This document shows, piece after piece, positions 50,701 through 61,939 of a DNA stretch of 64,000 nt. The DNA lies in the NCBI GenBank assembly GCA_907165135.1, contig OU015566.1:5828001-5892000 (forward strand). The letters are read 5' to 3'. The position numbers and the translations under genes were made by a program. Numbering within the stretch: position 1 is the first letter of the stretch; each line of letters opens with the position of its first letter. Below the pieces are notes generated by a model. The model saw nothing but the letters and a program-made list of their open reading frames with translations, did not search any database and was not told the origin of the DNA. The stretch comes from Oikopleura dioica. Lineage: Eukaryota; Animalia; Chordata.

Positions 50701-51365
50701 CTGATAGCGAAAGTTCAGAGGAACAGCTTTCAAATTCCTTTATGGAAATGAGCCTTTAGCATTTAGAAATGAGCATGTTACAACTTTAAATTACCATAAT
50801 TTCTAAGGGCGAGTGCTCGCAATGGTGAAAACATGTTATTACCGGCTCTTTTCTTTAAGGCTCGGCAACCTGTGTGAAAAACCTGAGTCAGGGTCCTGAA
50901 AGATCTGTTATGAAAATTCTCTCGATCCTTACTCAGATTTTCCACAGAGATTGCCGAGCCCAGAAGAGAAGTTGGCAATAACGTCAACCTGTGTGGAAAA
51001 CCTGACTCAGGATCGAGCGAAATTTCATAACAGATCTTTCAAGACCCTGACTCAGGTTTTCCACTCAGGTTGCTGAGCCAAATAATATTAAGCTCTAAAA
51101 GTTGGAGTCTAAATTGAATTTTTTTATCTTTTGATGGTAGACATTTCAATAATAATTTTCAGATATCCAAGAACGCAAATCCGCCGGTTTCCCCAAACGG
51201 ATCATCAAAAGCGTGATGAGCTGGTGGTGGGTAAACGTTCACGACGACAAATGCACTGGCGGCTACAAACTGCCCGAGTGGATCACTTCCTTCCCCCCTC
51301 AAACCATGCAAAACACATATGATGAGATGAGAGCAAATCTTCACGAGAAGGACGTCCTCAAATAA
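47732..51365 (+). CDS. Alpha-1,3-fucosyltransferase (GT10)
   Basis: FNLTASYRIDSDV, TWIVSNC, YKFYL|AFENS...YISEKFWRN...VPVVYG, PPNSYIFAEDF and YLEYHKWR motifs. Introns are enlarged by repeats. Confidence 0.9.
49060..51080. mobile_element. CTGGGCTCGGCAA-family MITE copies in FUT introns (about 49060-49216, 50859-50963, 50985-51080)
   Basis: GGCTCGGCAACCTG ends and AACCTGAGTCAGGGTC subterminal motifs are shared with the 16.2-kb and 55.7-kb copies. Confidence 0.75.
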
Positions 51366-51612
51366 GTGAGAAACAATATTTGAGACTTTTTTTTAATTAT
51401 TCCAAAATCAGACTGCTGCTAATCTTCTTTTTCTTGACTTCTGTAAATATTTTTTATCCGAAGCTTTTCTACACCAATAAAATGGATTTCCATGCCCATT
51501 GATTCACGAAAATTGATATTTCATGCGCACCTACCAAATCAGTAATTTTACGCTTTTCGTTATTTTGCAAGCAATTTTCAAATTCAATTTTGCAAGATAG
51601 ACACAATGTGCC

Positions 51613-51856
51613 GCGATTCTTACCTCTGACTCTGAATTTTTTGCTTGAAATCCGATCGTTTCTAAAATATGAGTCGGCTGAAAATCGAGAAGCCGCTTGC
51701 GGCTTCGAGAAAGAGAGAATCGAAGCTGCGCAAAGCGCGGCTTTTTCGTCTTTTTCAATCGAACCCGCAAGCGGCTTCTCGATTTTAAGCAGCACTCTTA
51801 TATTAGTAACGATCGGAATTCAAGCGAAGACTTCACAGTTAGAGGTGAGAATCGTA
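51613..51856. mobile_element. Palindromic MITE-like element
   Basis: CGATTCTTACCTCTGAC...AAAATCGAGAAGCCGCTTGCGG is mirrored by CCGCAAGCGGCTTCTCGATTTT...GTTAGAGGTGAGAATCG. Confidence 0.65.
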
Positions 51857-52144
51857 GTATGTTTTGGGTCTCCAGTAAAGAAGATTTTTAGTTGCTTTAT
51901 TGGAAGATTGAAAAAGCCAGAAAAGAAAAGGAATAAGAAGAGAGGCTGAGGCACGTGAGAGTCTGATAGTACGTAGCAGAATAAGAAATAAGGATTGAGA
52001 AGCTCAGGAATTCAATTATGGGAAATAAATTATTGCTTGTAAAAAAAGGGGGAGTTTTTGGAATTTGAAGAAAGAGCGAGTTTTTTTTTTGATGAATCAG
52101 TTTCAATTGTCATGTCTTGTCGATTTTGTCGGTTTTGTTGGCCG

Positions 52145-54218
52145 CTATTTTTTGGAATGCTTCTTGATTCGCTTTTTTAGCTCAGAGGGGAACTTGTCGA
52201 AGCATTTTTTGCTAAAAAAGGGAATCAGTGGGTTTTAAAATTTGGTGGATTCTTGTTTGCTTTTTGGACGTTTTTGTGAGGCCCGAATATTTCGCTTACC
52301 AAAGCGGTTTCATGTCAAACTCGACGAATTTCTGCTTCGGACTGAGTCGATCATCGCAGCCTGTGCACCGGAAACAACAAGAGCAGTACTTTTTCTCCAG
52401 CGCCGAAATCACTTCGTCCTAAACGGAAGTTTAAAACAGGGGAAAACAAAGGGAGTGCACCTTTATGGGGATATTGCAAGAAAAGCAGACTTCTCCAAAC
52501 TGAATGTTGTAGTGCTTCTCACAGTAAGGCATGTTATCAGGTCCGAGGAAGTACTTAGAGTGCGAGAAAGGACGCTCGCAGGATGAGCAGACGAAATGCT
52601 CAGGATGCCACTGCTTCCCACAGGCATTTACGCATCTCCCCTCTAAAAAATAACATTAATTGCTGATCAACCCAAAGGATGCATAAAAACGTTAAATTAA
52701 TTCGGCATTGGAGGGAGTTCCCTCGCTGTTTATATCAACGTGACCTCTAAAATATCGACGTGAGTGGTCAATTTTCAGCTGATTTGCCAACAATTAAATT
52801 TAATTTTGGGATAAACGGCCCATTTTTCACGAGGAGAGAAAAGTTTATTTTTATCCAAACCAAACTGGTCAGTTTCCAAATCATAATTACATCTATCTCT
52901 TGTTTCCGTCCAGCCGCGTCTAATAACCAAAATATGCCAACAATTATTACCCAAGACGCGTTTTTAAAAACACGAAGCCATAATAAAACATACCAACCGG
53001 GCCCACGTTAGCGAGGGAAAATAGTTCAGCCCGAAAATTCTCGTCAAAGTTACGCTGCTTCTGTAAAATGGCTTTTTTCGAGAAAAAATTATTTATCAAA
53101 ACCAACTCAAAAACCTGAGTCAGGAAAAAGCCGCGGCTTTTAATTAAAGCTTTCCAATGACCCTGACTCAGGTTTCTTGAAAGTCGAGCCCAGTAATCTA
53201 CCGCTTTGAACATACCAACCGGTCGTCGACAAGCTGCGCAAATCGGAATGCCCATCTTATCGTGACAGGGAAGGCAGTACAGTCGCCCTCCGATGTCTCT
53301 GCCAGTATGATCCATGACGCAGGCGCAGTTGGCACAGTTGAAGTGGTACGGATGATAGGGATCGCCCTTCCAGCGAAGCGGCATGTCTTCCACTACGTTG
53401 AAGCACTTTTGGCAAATTGGCTTTCCTTCGGCTTTCGCTTTTTCTTCGTTGAAACAGGGTCGGCAGAAGAGCTTCTTGTTGTACTGCGCCAACGGGGTGC
53501 CCAAAGCAGATCCGCAAGAGTCTTGATTTTCGCAACAGAAACATTCGAGGCACCATTCTGCGTTCAGGGCGCTTTAAAAATGGCTTTCAAAAAGGGATTT
53601 TTCAAATAAATGAGCACGGCCATCAAAATTGTCGTGCTGTTTCCAGCAATTAATTATGGATCAAGATAAGTTTATACCGGACGTTCTCTACAGCCAGTTT
53701 TTGATAAACTAAGAAAAATAAGATGAAACTTCTAAAGAAGCAATTCTATAGCGCTATTATTGGAGTCGCTAAGGGAAAACTGAAAAATGAAAACAGATCA
53801 CTTTGGAAAGCCGAGCCTTAAAACCTCGCCCTCGACAAAAGTGTTGCATTTTCTGCAAATGGGCGCGTAAAGAACTTTGAAATCGTCCTCGCAGTACTTT
53901 TTTCCTTCAAACTGAAAGATGTTGTCCTCATCGGTAAATCTCCTGAAACACTGTTCGCAGCAAAAACAGTCTTTGTGAAACGATTGCTGGTCGTAGTTGG
54001 TGAAGTCTTGACCGTCGCCGATTCGTTGCTCGCAGTGAGAGCACTTGTCCGCTTTGTACGGGCGAAATCCTCCGGCCACGCTGCGGCTCTGAATGAAATC
54101 GGTTCACTTGGAAATATGAAGGAGGGACTTTGAGCCTCTAAAAGGGGTGATGGTAAGAGTCAGGGTCGAGATCAGAAAACCGAGGTTTTACCTTTGGAAC
54201 TGGAATTCCTTGTACCAT
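52145..54218 (-). CDS. LIMS1: PINCH / LIM and senescent cell antigen-like protein (five LIM domains)
   Basis: LYAPIC, WKGDPYHPYHFNC, DKMGIPICAACRRP, KQWHPEHFVC and [25 protein letters not shown]. The start codon is tentative. Confidence 0.9.
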
Positions 54219-54375
54219 CCGATGTCCGTTTTTTCAACTCTTCTTTTTCTCTCTATTTCTGAAAAAATGTTGATTGATTAATTAAGTTTAGTTGAATTCA
54301 AATAGCTTCGCTGCGCAGAGACTCTGAAACAGTGGAAAGGGAAAGCTCTTGGAGGGCAATTAAATCAGCCGAATC

Positions 54376-56815
54376 CTAATCCGATTCATCCAAATTCTTT
54401 TGAAATAGTTGAAATTGTTCTTTTGTCGTTTCCGATTTCAGAAGGCGTCTGACTCTTTCTTCGTTTTTTACGCTTCTGCGCGCTAAAAGAAACGCGACCT
54501 CCAGCTGGGCGGAAGAAACTCGCCCTTGCCGATTTGTCAATATTTGATTTTCGAATAATTCAAAGACGCCCGACAGCTGCTTCTCGCTCAGAGCCGTAAA
54601 TCTTATCAGCGCAGAAAGAATTGCCGAGTCCTGGAGGTGGAGCAATTTCGGAAAGAAGAGCAACGATTGGGATGGAAACTTGCGGATAATTTTGCAGAGG
54701 ATTGTCGAATCGCCTTTTTTGGAGTTGGAAATGGGAATAAAAAGGTTGAAAATAGGCTCAAAAGATGGATTATCCTCTAATTGAAATCAACAACGACAAA
54801 AACGAAAATTCAAACAAGAAGAACCCTTTCTCAAAAATTGAGCTAGAAGCGGTTTTTTTTTTCTTTCGGAAAATTTTTGACTCGTAATTTTTGTGAAGCC
54901 GACTTTTCGCGCATTTTTATGTAACTCTAACCGTACCCTTCACCCAAGCGCTAACCTTAACCTGAGTCCCAGACCATGTCTGTTTTAGACTTTACTTTCG
55001 TATTTTTTTAAAGATAAAAACCACAATTGAATAAAGAAGATATCCGACTGAGGCAGTCGAAATGACAAAATGCGGTTTTCCGCGGCTATAAATTTGAAAC
55101 CAAAAGAAAAATTCCAGCGCCTTATCTCCTTATCGCTGAATAAAAATAAAAATTAGCTCGGAACTCCGGCCTTGATGTCTTTGAAGATGAAATTTGAAGA
55201 TCTCTTCATCCAGATCATCTTCTTCTAAAAGCAAGAGAATGGAGAAATAGGCGATTGTGAGGAGATTCTTTGAAGTTTTCGCTTTTCGGAAACAGTCGTA
55301 AATCTGAGGAAGCATTGACGATTCCGGACGTTCTCCGTAGAATTCCAGGTAGTCCAGGAGAGCCAGCGAGATTTTTCGCCATTTGTGAGACGGCCCATTT
55401 CCCTGATTGAAATAATTTATCAAAATTGTTACCAAAAAGTGTGTTCGTCGTATTGTTGTACCTTTGATTTCTCTAACTCAGCACTTAAAATGTCGATGAA
55501 GATTTTCTGGGCTTTTTGGTGAAGAAGAGGCTCTCGCCGCAGGGCAAATTTAATGAAGTTAATTGCTGCTTGTAAGTCCTCCGACTGGATGATTAATTCT
55601 GCCACTTTGTTCGCCCATTTCCCAGATTGCAAATGCACCAGAGCTGAAAATGAAAGCTACAGTAAGTTGCAGTTAGCTGGGCTCGGCAATCTGACCTGAG
55701 TAAAACCCTGAGTCAGGCCCCTGAGTACTGAGTACACAGGCCCTGACCTGTGTGCCTCAGTAAAATCGAGGCCCGAGAAAAAAAACCCTGACCCTGACCC
55801 TGACCTGAGTTAAAAGACAGGCCTGAGTTGCTCACACAGGGCCTGAGTAAGCGAAAAAAACACAAAAAAAGGGTCAATTTGCAACGTCAAGGGGGTCAAA
55901 ATACAGTGATTTTCCGTCTTATGGGCGATTTTGTGATTAAAAGTTATATGTTATCTGCGAAAAATGAAATTGTTAAGATTTTGATGTGTGGAAAAACCCT
56001 GAGTTTTGGCCTGAGTCAGGCACCTGACCCTGACCTGAGTTCCTGAGTCTGAGCAGGCCTGACTGAGTACCCTGAGTACCTGACTGAGTGAGAAACACTG
56101 ACCTGAGTTCCTGAGTAAATATCAAGAAAAAATTTTCTAACCCTGACCCTGACCCTGACCCTGTACTCAGGTTGCCGAGCCCAGGCAGTTAGTCTTACGC
56201 CGTTTAACACGACTGTAAGAATTAAACAACACGGAGGCTTTCTTTTACCGCAAAACATTTAATACAGTGGTGTTTTATTCTTGCATTACAAGGCTTGTAA
56301 TGCAAGCCCCAATAATTGGGCAGAAATATATCTGTATCTTACCAGACGTTCCCGCACGTAAATTTCCATCTTTGATTGTCGCTAAAATCGATCTTTCAAC
56401 TGTTTCGTATTCGACGATTTCTTCCGAAGTTTGAAAAATAGTAACGAGAGTGAAGAGCGCGATGTTCTGAATCGCCCAGTTTTGATGAGAAAGATCCTTG
56501 AGAACTTGATTGAAAATAATCATCGATGCGTCGCCCCGGATATTGCGAAGAATAAGGAGGTAGCTTCGCTTGGTTCTCATTTTTGCGCTTTCATTTTCGC
56601 GGAAAATCTTTGGCTTTATCAGAACCGATCCTTAAAAACTTGACTCGAATATTACTAGAAGTAATCAAAGAAGCGAGCGTTGGAACCAAATCATCCCTTT
56701 TCTTCTGCTGTCTGAGCAACGTCTGGAGAACAGGAATTACCTCCCCGTAGTTATCAGATAAAATCGCCTTCTCCGCCGCCTTTTGAACGGTTTCTTTCGG
56801 ATACAAATGCTCCAT
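54376..56815 (-). CDS. Helical-repeat protein with an adaptin-N-like start (multi-exon)
   Basis: LITSSNIRVK...KRSYLLI...IIFNQVLKDLSHQNWAIQNIALFTL resembles the first repeats of AP/COPI large subunits. Later exons are Leu-rich and helical. The identity is unresolved. Confidence 0.5.
55677..56184. mobile_element. 508-bp CTGGGCTCGGCAA-family element with CCTGAGT/CCTGACC arrays
   Basis: TIR CTGGGCTCGGCAATCTG / CAGGTTGCCGAGCCCAG. Perfect 8-bp TSD GCAGTTAG at 55669-55676 and 56185-56192. Confidence 0.9.
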
Positions 56816-57541
56816 TAATGATTTTTCAGAATTCGAGCGCAGATTTCTTCTCCGAATTTCTTATCTTCTTTGCTGCCAGAATATGGCTGGTTTTTGGTAG
56901 AATAGGAACTGATAAAGTCGAGTTTTAGAAGACGCGAGATTTCGGATTCTGGGCCGTTGTAAGCGTAGCAACTGCACTTTTCTGACTCGCCAAGATCTGA
57001 AGACTATTTTTCGGACTTAAATTTCAAGTTTACTCAAAAAGCGAAAAAAATACAGTTTAACTTAGCATGAGGCTCCTGCCATGAGCCTCCGTTAAATCCA
57101 TCAAACTGATACGCTGATCCCTTTTTAGAGCACACTACTAAAAGACCTTATCTAAATCCTATCTTTCCGCGCGTTGTTTCTACTCCGCCGCGCGTAATAG
57201 CGAAGAAAAACAGTGAAAAATGTGAACTTACGATTAACAACGTCGATGCTAATCCTTTTGTACTCGCCCTCTTGATCTAGTCCCTCGAATTCATCCAAGA
57301 CCAGCGCTCCCTTCTCGCTTACTTCAACAATTTCTCCCTCGACGCACTCGCCCTGACCCTTGCGATCAACCAAAATAGGCACGTGATCTGTCTGCGGATC
57401 CGTAACAAGTGGAAATCCGTCCTCTGTTCTTGCCGGCCTAGGCGCCTCTTGAATATGCTTGAAGCGAAGGAGATAGTCAATAAGCCAACGGTTCGGTTCG
57501 CCTGATTTTAAAGTTCCGTAAATGAACAGTTTTTGACTCAT
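56815..57541 (-). CDS. GGACT: Gamma-glutamylamine cyclotransferase-like protein
   Basis: LFIYGTLKSGEPN, FPLV, VEGEIVEV and LDEFEG motifs. Exon 1 is 57541-57232 and exon 2 is 56996-56815, joined in phase 1 at GT-AG. Confidence 0.85.
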
Positions 57542-57819
57542 CTCATTCTGAATTCGCCATTTTTAAAATTGATTGATTGCAAAAGAAAGAAAACAATCCA
57601 GAAGAAAATTATTATCGCCAAGGAGGATGATAATTATTCGATTTACTTTTATTTTTCATTTTTATTGGTAGATTTTTTTTTGTACTGAAAGAAAGAAACT
57701 TCACTCAGGACTGTTTTTGAAAATTGAGTCCATTTAGTACTAACAAGTCTTCGTCTTCTGGCAGTAATGGTCAAGTTCGACGACAGCTTATCTAAATCAC
57801 GAGTTAGAGGGGGGAGCAC

Positions 57820-58429
57820 GTAAGTTAAGGCGTTTTTGCGATTTGCGTCCCTTAAGGCTTTGCGTCAGTTAAGGCGTTTGCGTCAGTTAAGGCGCTGAAA
57901 ATGACTAGTTGAATTCTGATATCAAGTAGGGTGTGCTAGATTTCCTCGATTGTAACTTTACTTAAAATTCTTCTTATTTCATTCTCAAGTTTAATTTCAA
58001 ATATGAAAACAGATCTGAAAAATTTAGTAGTGTCGAATTATAATTTTACTAAAAATTGATTTATTCTATCACGAAAAACTTCAAATTTAATGATAAACCT
58101 GCCGTTCAGCTTGACATGCTTATTATAATTTCAGTAATCGAGTATAAAATTATTTTTTATGAAAATTTTAAACCTAACACTAACCCTAGGAATTGGGAAA
58201 GACAGGTTTTTTTTAAGACTGCTCCTCTACTGTGGAGCGGTTTTGAGTACCTTAGAGTCGAGATATTTTAATTATCTCTTTTGCAGTAAGAAGGTTAATC
58301 AAGAAAGTCTAGCAGACCCTTCTCGATATCAGAATCCAACTAGTCATTTTCAGCGCCTTAACTGACGCAAACGCCTTAACTGATGCAACGCCTTAAAGGA
58401 CGCAAATCGCAAAAACGCCTTAACTTACG
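57820..58429. mobile_element. About 610-bp element with about 110-bp TIRs containing TTAAGGCG repeats
   Basis: GTAAGTTAAGGCGTTTTTGCGATTTGCGTCC...GATATC is mirrored at 58320-58429. Confidence 0.75.
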
Positions 58430-58439
58430 ATTCGTATTA

Positions 58440-59981
58440 TTACCTGTAGTCGTCGTATCTAGGTGGGGATCGAGAGCGACGGGGAGAACGTGATCTCGAT
58501 CTTCTGGAATAGCCACGATCGTCGTCGCGAGGTTGCCGTTGAAATCCTCGTCCTTTTCCTTGATACGGCTGGTGAGCTCGTCCGCCGCCGAACTTTGATG
58601 GAACACGGTCTTTACACGGATAAACAACTGAATAACAGTATAATGATATCCATTTCAATCATTGCAGATCCATTCCTGGGTCGAAAGAAGCTCCAGGTGG
58701 TCCTCTTCCGCCACCTCGTCCGCCACGGAATCCACCTCCGCCGCGTCCGCCTCTGAATCCACCTCGATCGCCGCCAAAGTCTCTTCCGCCTCCTCTGTCT
58801 CCGAAATCTCGTCCACCGCCGCGGTCAAAATCGCGTCCGCCACCTCTTCTGTCGCCGCCAAAGTCGCGTCCTCCTCCACGATTTCCGAAATCTCTTCCTC
58901 CTCGGTCGCCAAAGTCTCGTCCACCGCCTCTTCCGCTGCCTCGGTAACCACCACGATCACCGCCGCCGCCTCGACCGCCTCGGAAACCGCCGTCTCTATC
59001 ACCGCCTCCGCGGTAGCCGCCATCGCTTCTTCTAAAATATAAATTTCTCATTTCTGCCTTACAGTAATCTTGACTCTAACCTGTCATCTCGACCGTCTCG
59101 ACCATCTCGATCGCGTCTGTCTCCGCCTCTTCTGTCATCTCTACAAGAAAAAAATTAAGCAATTTTACCAAAGAAAGACAAATGATTACCCTCTTCGATC
59201 TTCTCGGTCAAATCCTCCGCGGCCACGTCCACCTCTGAATCCGCCACGATCGCCGCCAAAGTCTCTGACACCGCCTCGATCTCCAAAATCTCGACCGCCG
59301 CCGCTTCTTCGATCTCCTCCGTCGCGATCGCCTCCTCTTCTGAAGTCATCCCTGCTTCTGCCGCGGAATGAATCGTCGCGGCCTCGACCTCCGTACCCGC
59401 CTCCTCGACGATCTTCGTAGCCACCTCCGCCGCCACCGCCGTAGCTGTTTCTGTTTCCAGCGCCGCGATCAACGCGATCAGAGTAGCGATTCTCCTCTCG
59501 GCGACCACTTTAATTTCACTATATTTTAACACTTGGTTTATTTAACTACCGATAGTCATCTTTGGGTGGACCAGACGGAGGAGCTCCGCCTCCGTAAGAA
59601 TTGAGCACGGGCGGTGGTGCTCCATAAACTGGTGGTGGAGCGCCGTACGAGCCGCTTGACTCTGGTGGGGGTGGTGGAGGCGCCGCATACATTCCTCCCA
59701 TCATTTGTGAAGCAAGTTCTGGAGGCAGGTGGCCAGGTGGAGGACCTGGTGGTGGTGGAGCATTTGCCAGCTCTACGGCGCGGTTTTTAATTCAAATTCA
59801 AGAAAAGAAATCTTATCGAAGGAATAAAGGAGGTGATATGAAACTCATTTGATTTTCTATTCATTGAATACGGTAAATGACTCGATTTTTTATCTCGTCA
59901 ATACGAAGTTGCTTTAACAGCAAGAACAGTTATCAAACCTGGTGGTACTGGTGGAGCACCGTAATTCGGATATGAACTCAT
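58440..59981 (-). CDS. Low-complexity Pro-rich / RGG / RS protein with no folded domain seen
   Basis: MSSYPNYGAPPVPP start, poly-Pro exon, GGRDFGDR repeats, FRGGRGG and RSRSRSPRRSRSPP. Short GT-AG introns lie between these segments. The 3' end is uncertain. Confidence 0.7.
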
Positions 59982-60625
59982 GTTACCGTCTTTCGATTGT
60001 TCTGTAAGAAAGTTTTGTTCAGCGAGTTCGCTCAAATGTTAACCTGCGATTCGGGCCTGCTTTCATTTTAGACCTCATTTTACGTTGAGTTTATCCAGCG
60101 AATTTCTTGTATTATCCTACGTTATAGAAACTACCATTCTGACTCGGTTTTCAGTACATCCAAGAGATACAAACATAATTATTTCCAATTTGAAAGTTTC
60201 CATAATACAAACCTATTTGATATTTATCAATCCCGGACCATGCGAGCTTGTTTCAGTGAATAATCAAAGTTCAACTCATTTTGTTTGTGATCCATTTTAC
60301 TCACCATTTCAATAATCAAGCCATCTCAGGCTGTTTTCAGTTTCAGATTTTTCAATGTTCGCGTTTCAGATTCAGAGTAATTCATTTTCACGAGCGGATT
60401 TTCCAAGGTTTGCTTTTTCCATGATCATAGTTTTTGAATTGATGCACAAGTTTGATGATGCAAGTTGCGTTGTTAACGTGAAAGCAGCTGCCCTGCGAAA
60501 GGAAGAGACGGAAACACAAGTTTTTGAATGATAGAATGCGCGTGGGCAATCGCTTTAGTATTGAAAGACTGGTTGAATGTACAAGAAGAGACAGTGATAA
60601 TTAGAAAAGGAAGGAGATGTTTCAA

Positions 60626-60962
60626 TTATCCTCCGTGAAGAGTGGAGACGAAGGTTATCCTATCGTTCTTGCAGACTTGATAGTCGGCTTCGTTGAAGAG
60701 CTCCCAGTCGGCGTCGTTAATCAGCACCAGCACTCCGGGCTTGACGTCTTTGTCGGACTCGATCAAAGCATCGATGTCGTCGATCAGCTAAATATAAGGT
60801 CAATCGGGCGAACGGGGATTTGAAACTTACCTTTTTGCTTCTGACTTGGGCGAAGATATCGGAAACTTTCGGCTCTTTGTGGTCGCTCTTGAACGTCAAG
60901 AACTTCTCGCCTCCGTTGTGAGCAGTTTCAGCGCCACCGCAAAATTCCAGCGTCACTTCCAT
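60626..60962 (-). CDS. URM1: Ubiquitin-related modifier 1
   Basis: [24 protein letters not shown] and the C-terminal FVSTLHGG*. One intron. Confidence 0.92.
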
Positions 60963-60968
60963 TTCAAT

Positions 60969-60975
60969 CTAAACG
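60969..60975 (-). promoter_or_regulatory. Putative SL trans-splice acceptor upstream of URM1 (similar unpaired acceptors at 61964 for RPS6 and 54259 for PINCH)
   Basis: Pyrimidine-rich TTTAG lies 6 nt before the URM1 ATG, about 100 nt after the RPS6 stop, with no evident donor. Operons resolved by SL trans-splicing are established in Oikopleura. Confidence 0.55.
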
Positions 60976-61070
60976 TCAGAAAGGTTAGCTCGCTCTGAAT
61001 ATTTTCCTCTCGCCAAAATGGACTTTTTCTGACAAGACAAATTTAGACCACGAACAGGGGCAGGAAGTGT

Positions 61071-61939
61071 TTAGTTTCCGCTGACGGAGGTCTTGGATTT
61101 GGAGAGGGAGGATCGTCTTCGCTCCTTCTTCTTTTCCTTGGCTTCCTTCTGTCGCTGGTTGAGGAGCTTTCGGTATTCAGCCTCGGCCTTCTGGGCGGCC
61201 TGGTATCGGTCTCGCTAAAAACCAAAGTGTTAGGAGGGGAGAAGTGGCGAAAAATGAGTGTTACCTTGTCTGCCAATCGCTTTCGCTTGCGCTGGATTCG
61301 GTTGGGAGTGATGAGTCGCTGGACCTTGGGGGCAACCTTCTTGGCCTTCTTGCCCTCCTTCTCGATGGTTCGGTGGACGACGTACTTGGTGACGGGGTCG
61401 GACTTGTCCAAACCGAAGAGCTTTCGGATGTTGTTGGCTCGCTTGGGACCAAGTCGTCGGGGGATGGTCTAAAACACGAATAAGCTTGAGAATGATGAGA
61501 TAAGCTTTTACCTTGTCGGTGAGACCCTCGATCTCGCCCTCACCCTTCTTGACGATCATGAGGTTGAGGATGGAGAGGTTGTGATTGACGATGCAACCTC
61601 GGACAGACTTTCGCTTTCGCTCACCAGTGCGGCTTGGGTTGTAGCAGGACTGGCCCTTGGAGAGGAGGAGCTTAACTCGACCGACAGAGGCGACACCTGA
61701 ATAAAAGTTACCGACTGATCATTTGAAAGCGTTGTTTACTTACCCTGTTTCATGGGGAAGCCCTGCTTGTCGTTACCGCCAGTGATTCGGACAACGTATC
61801 CGGCCCACTCGGGTCCGAGGTGATCAGCGCTGACTTCCTGGGCCATGCGCTTGTCGTAGAAGTGCTTCAACTTCTGCTCGTCATCGACCTCAAGGACCTT
61901 TTGGCACCCGGTCGCGGGGTTGGCGATGTTAAGTTTCAT
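61071..61939 (-). CDS. RPS6: 40S ribosomal protein S6
   Basis: [53 protein letters not shown] and the C-terminal [12 protein letters not shown]. Three short introns. Confidence 0.97.

Noticed and set aside
55690-56170. Array of short repeats suggesting a CRISPR array or satellite
   Set aside because: The 6-7 bp units have no unique spacers and are enclosed by TIRs and a TSD, so they are transposon subterminal repeats.
58655-59532. Ala/Glu-rich and Ser-rich ORFs in alternative frames
   Set aside because: These are alternative-frame and antisense readings of the RGG repeat region.
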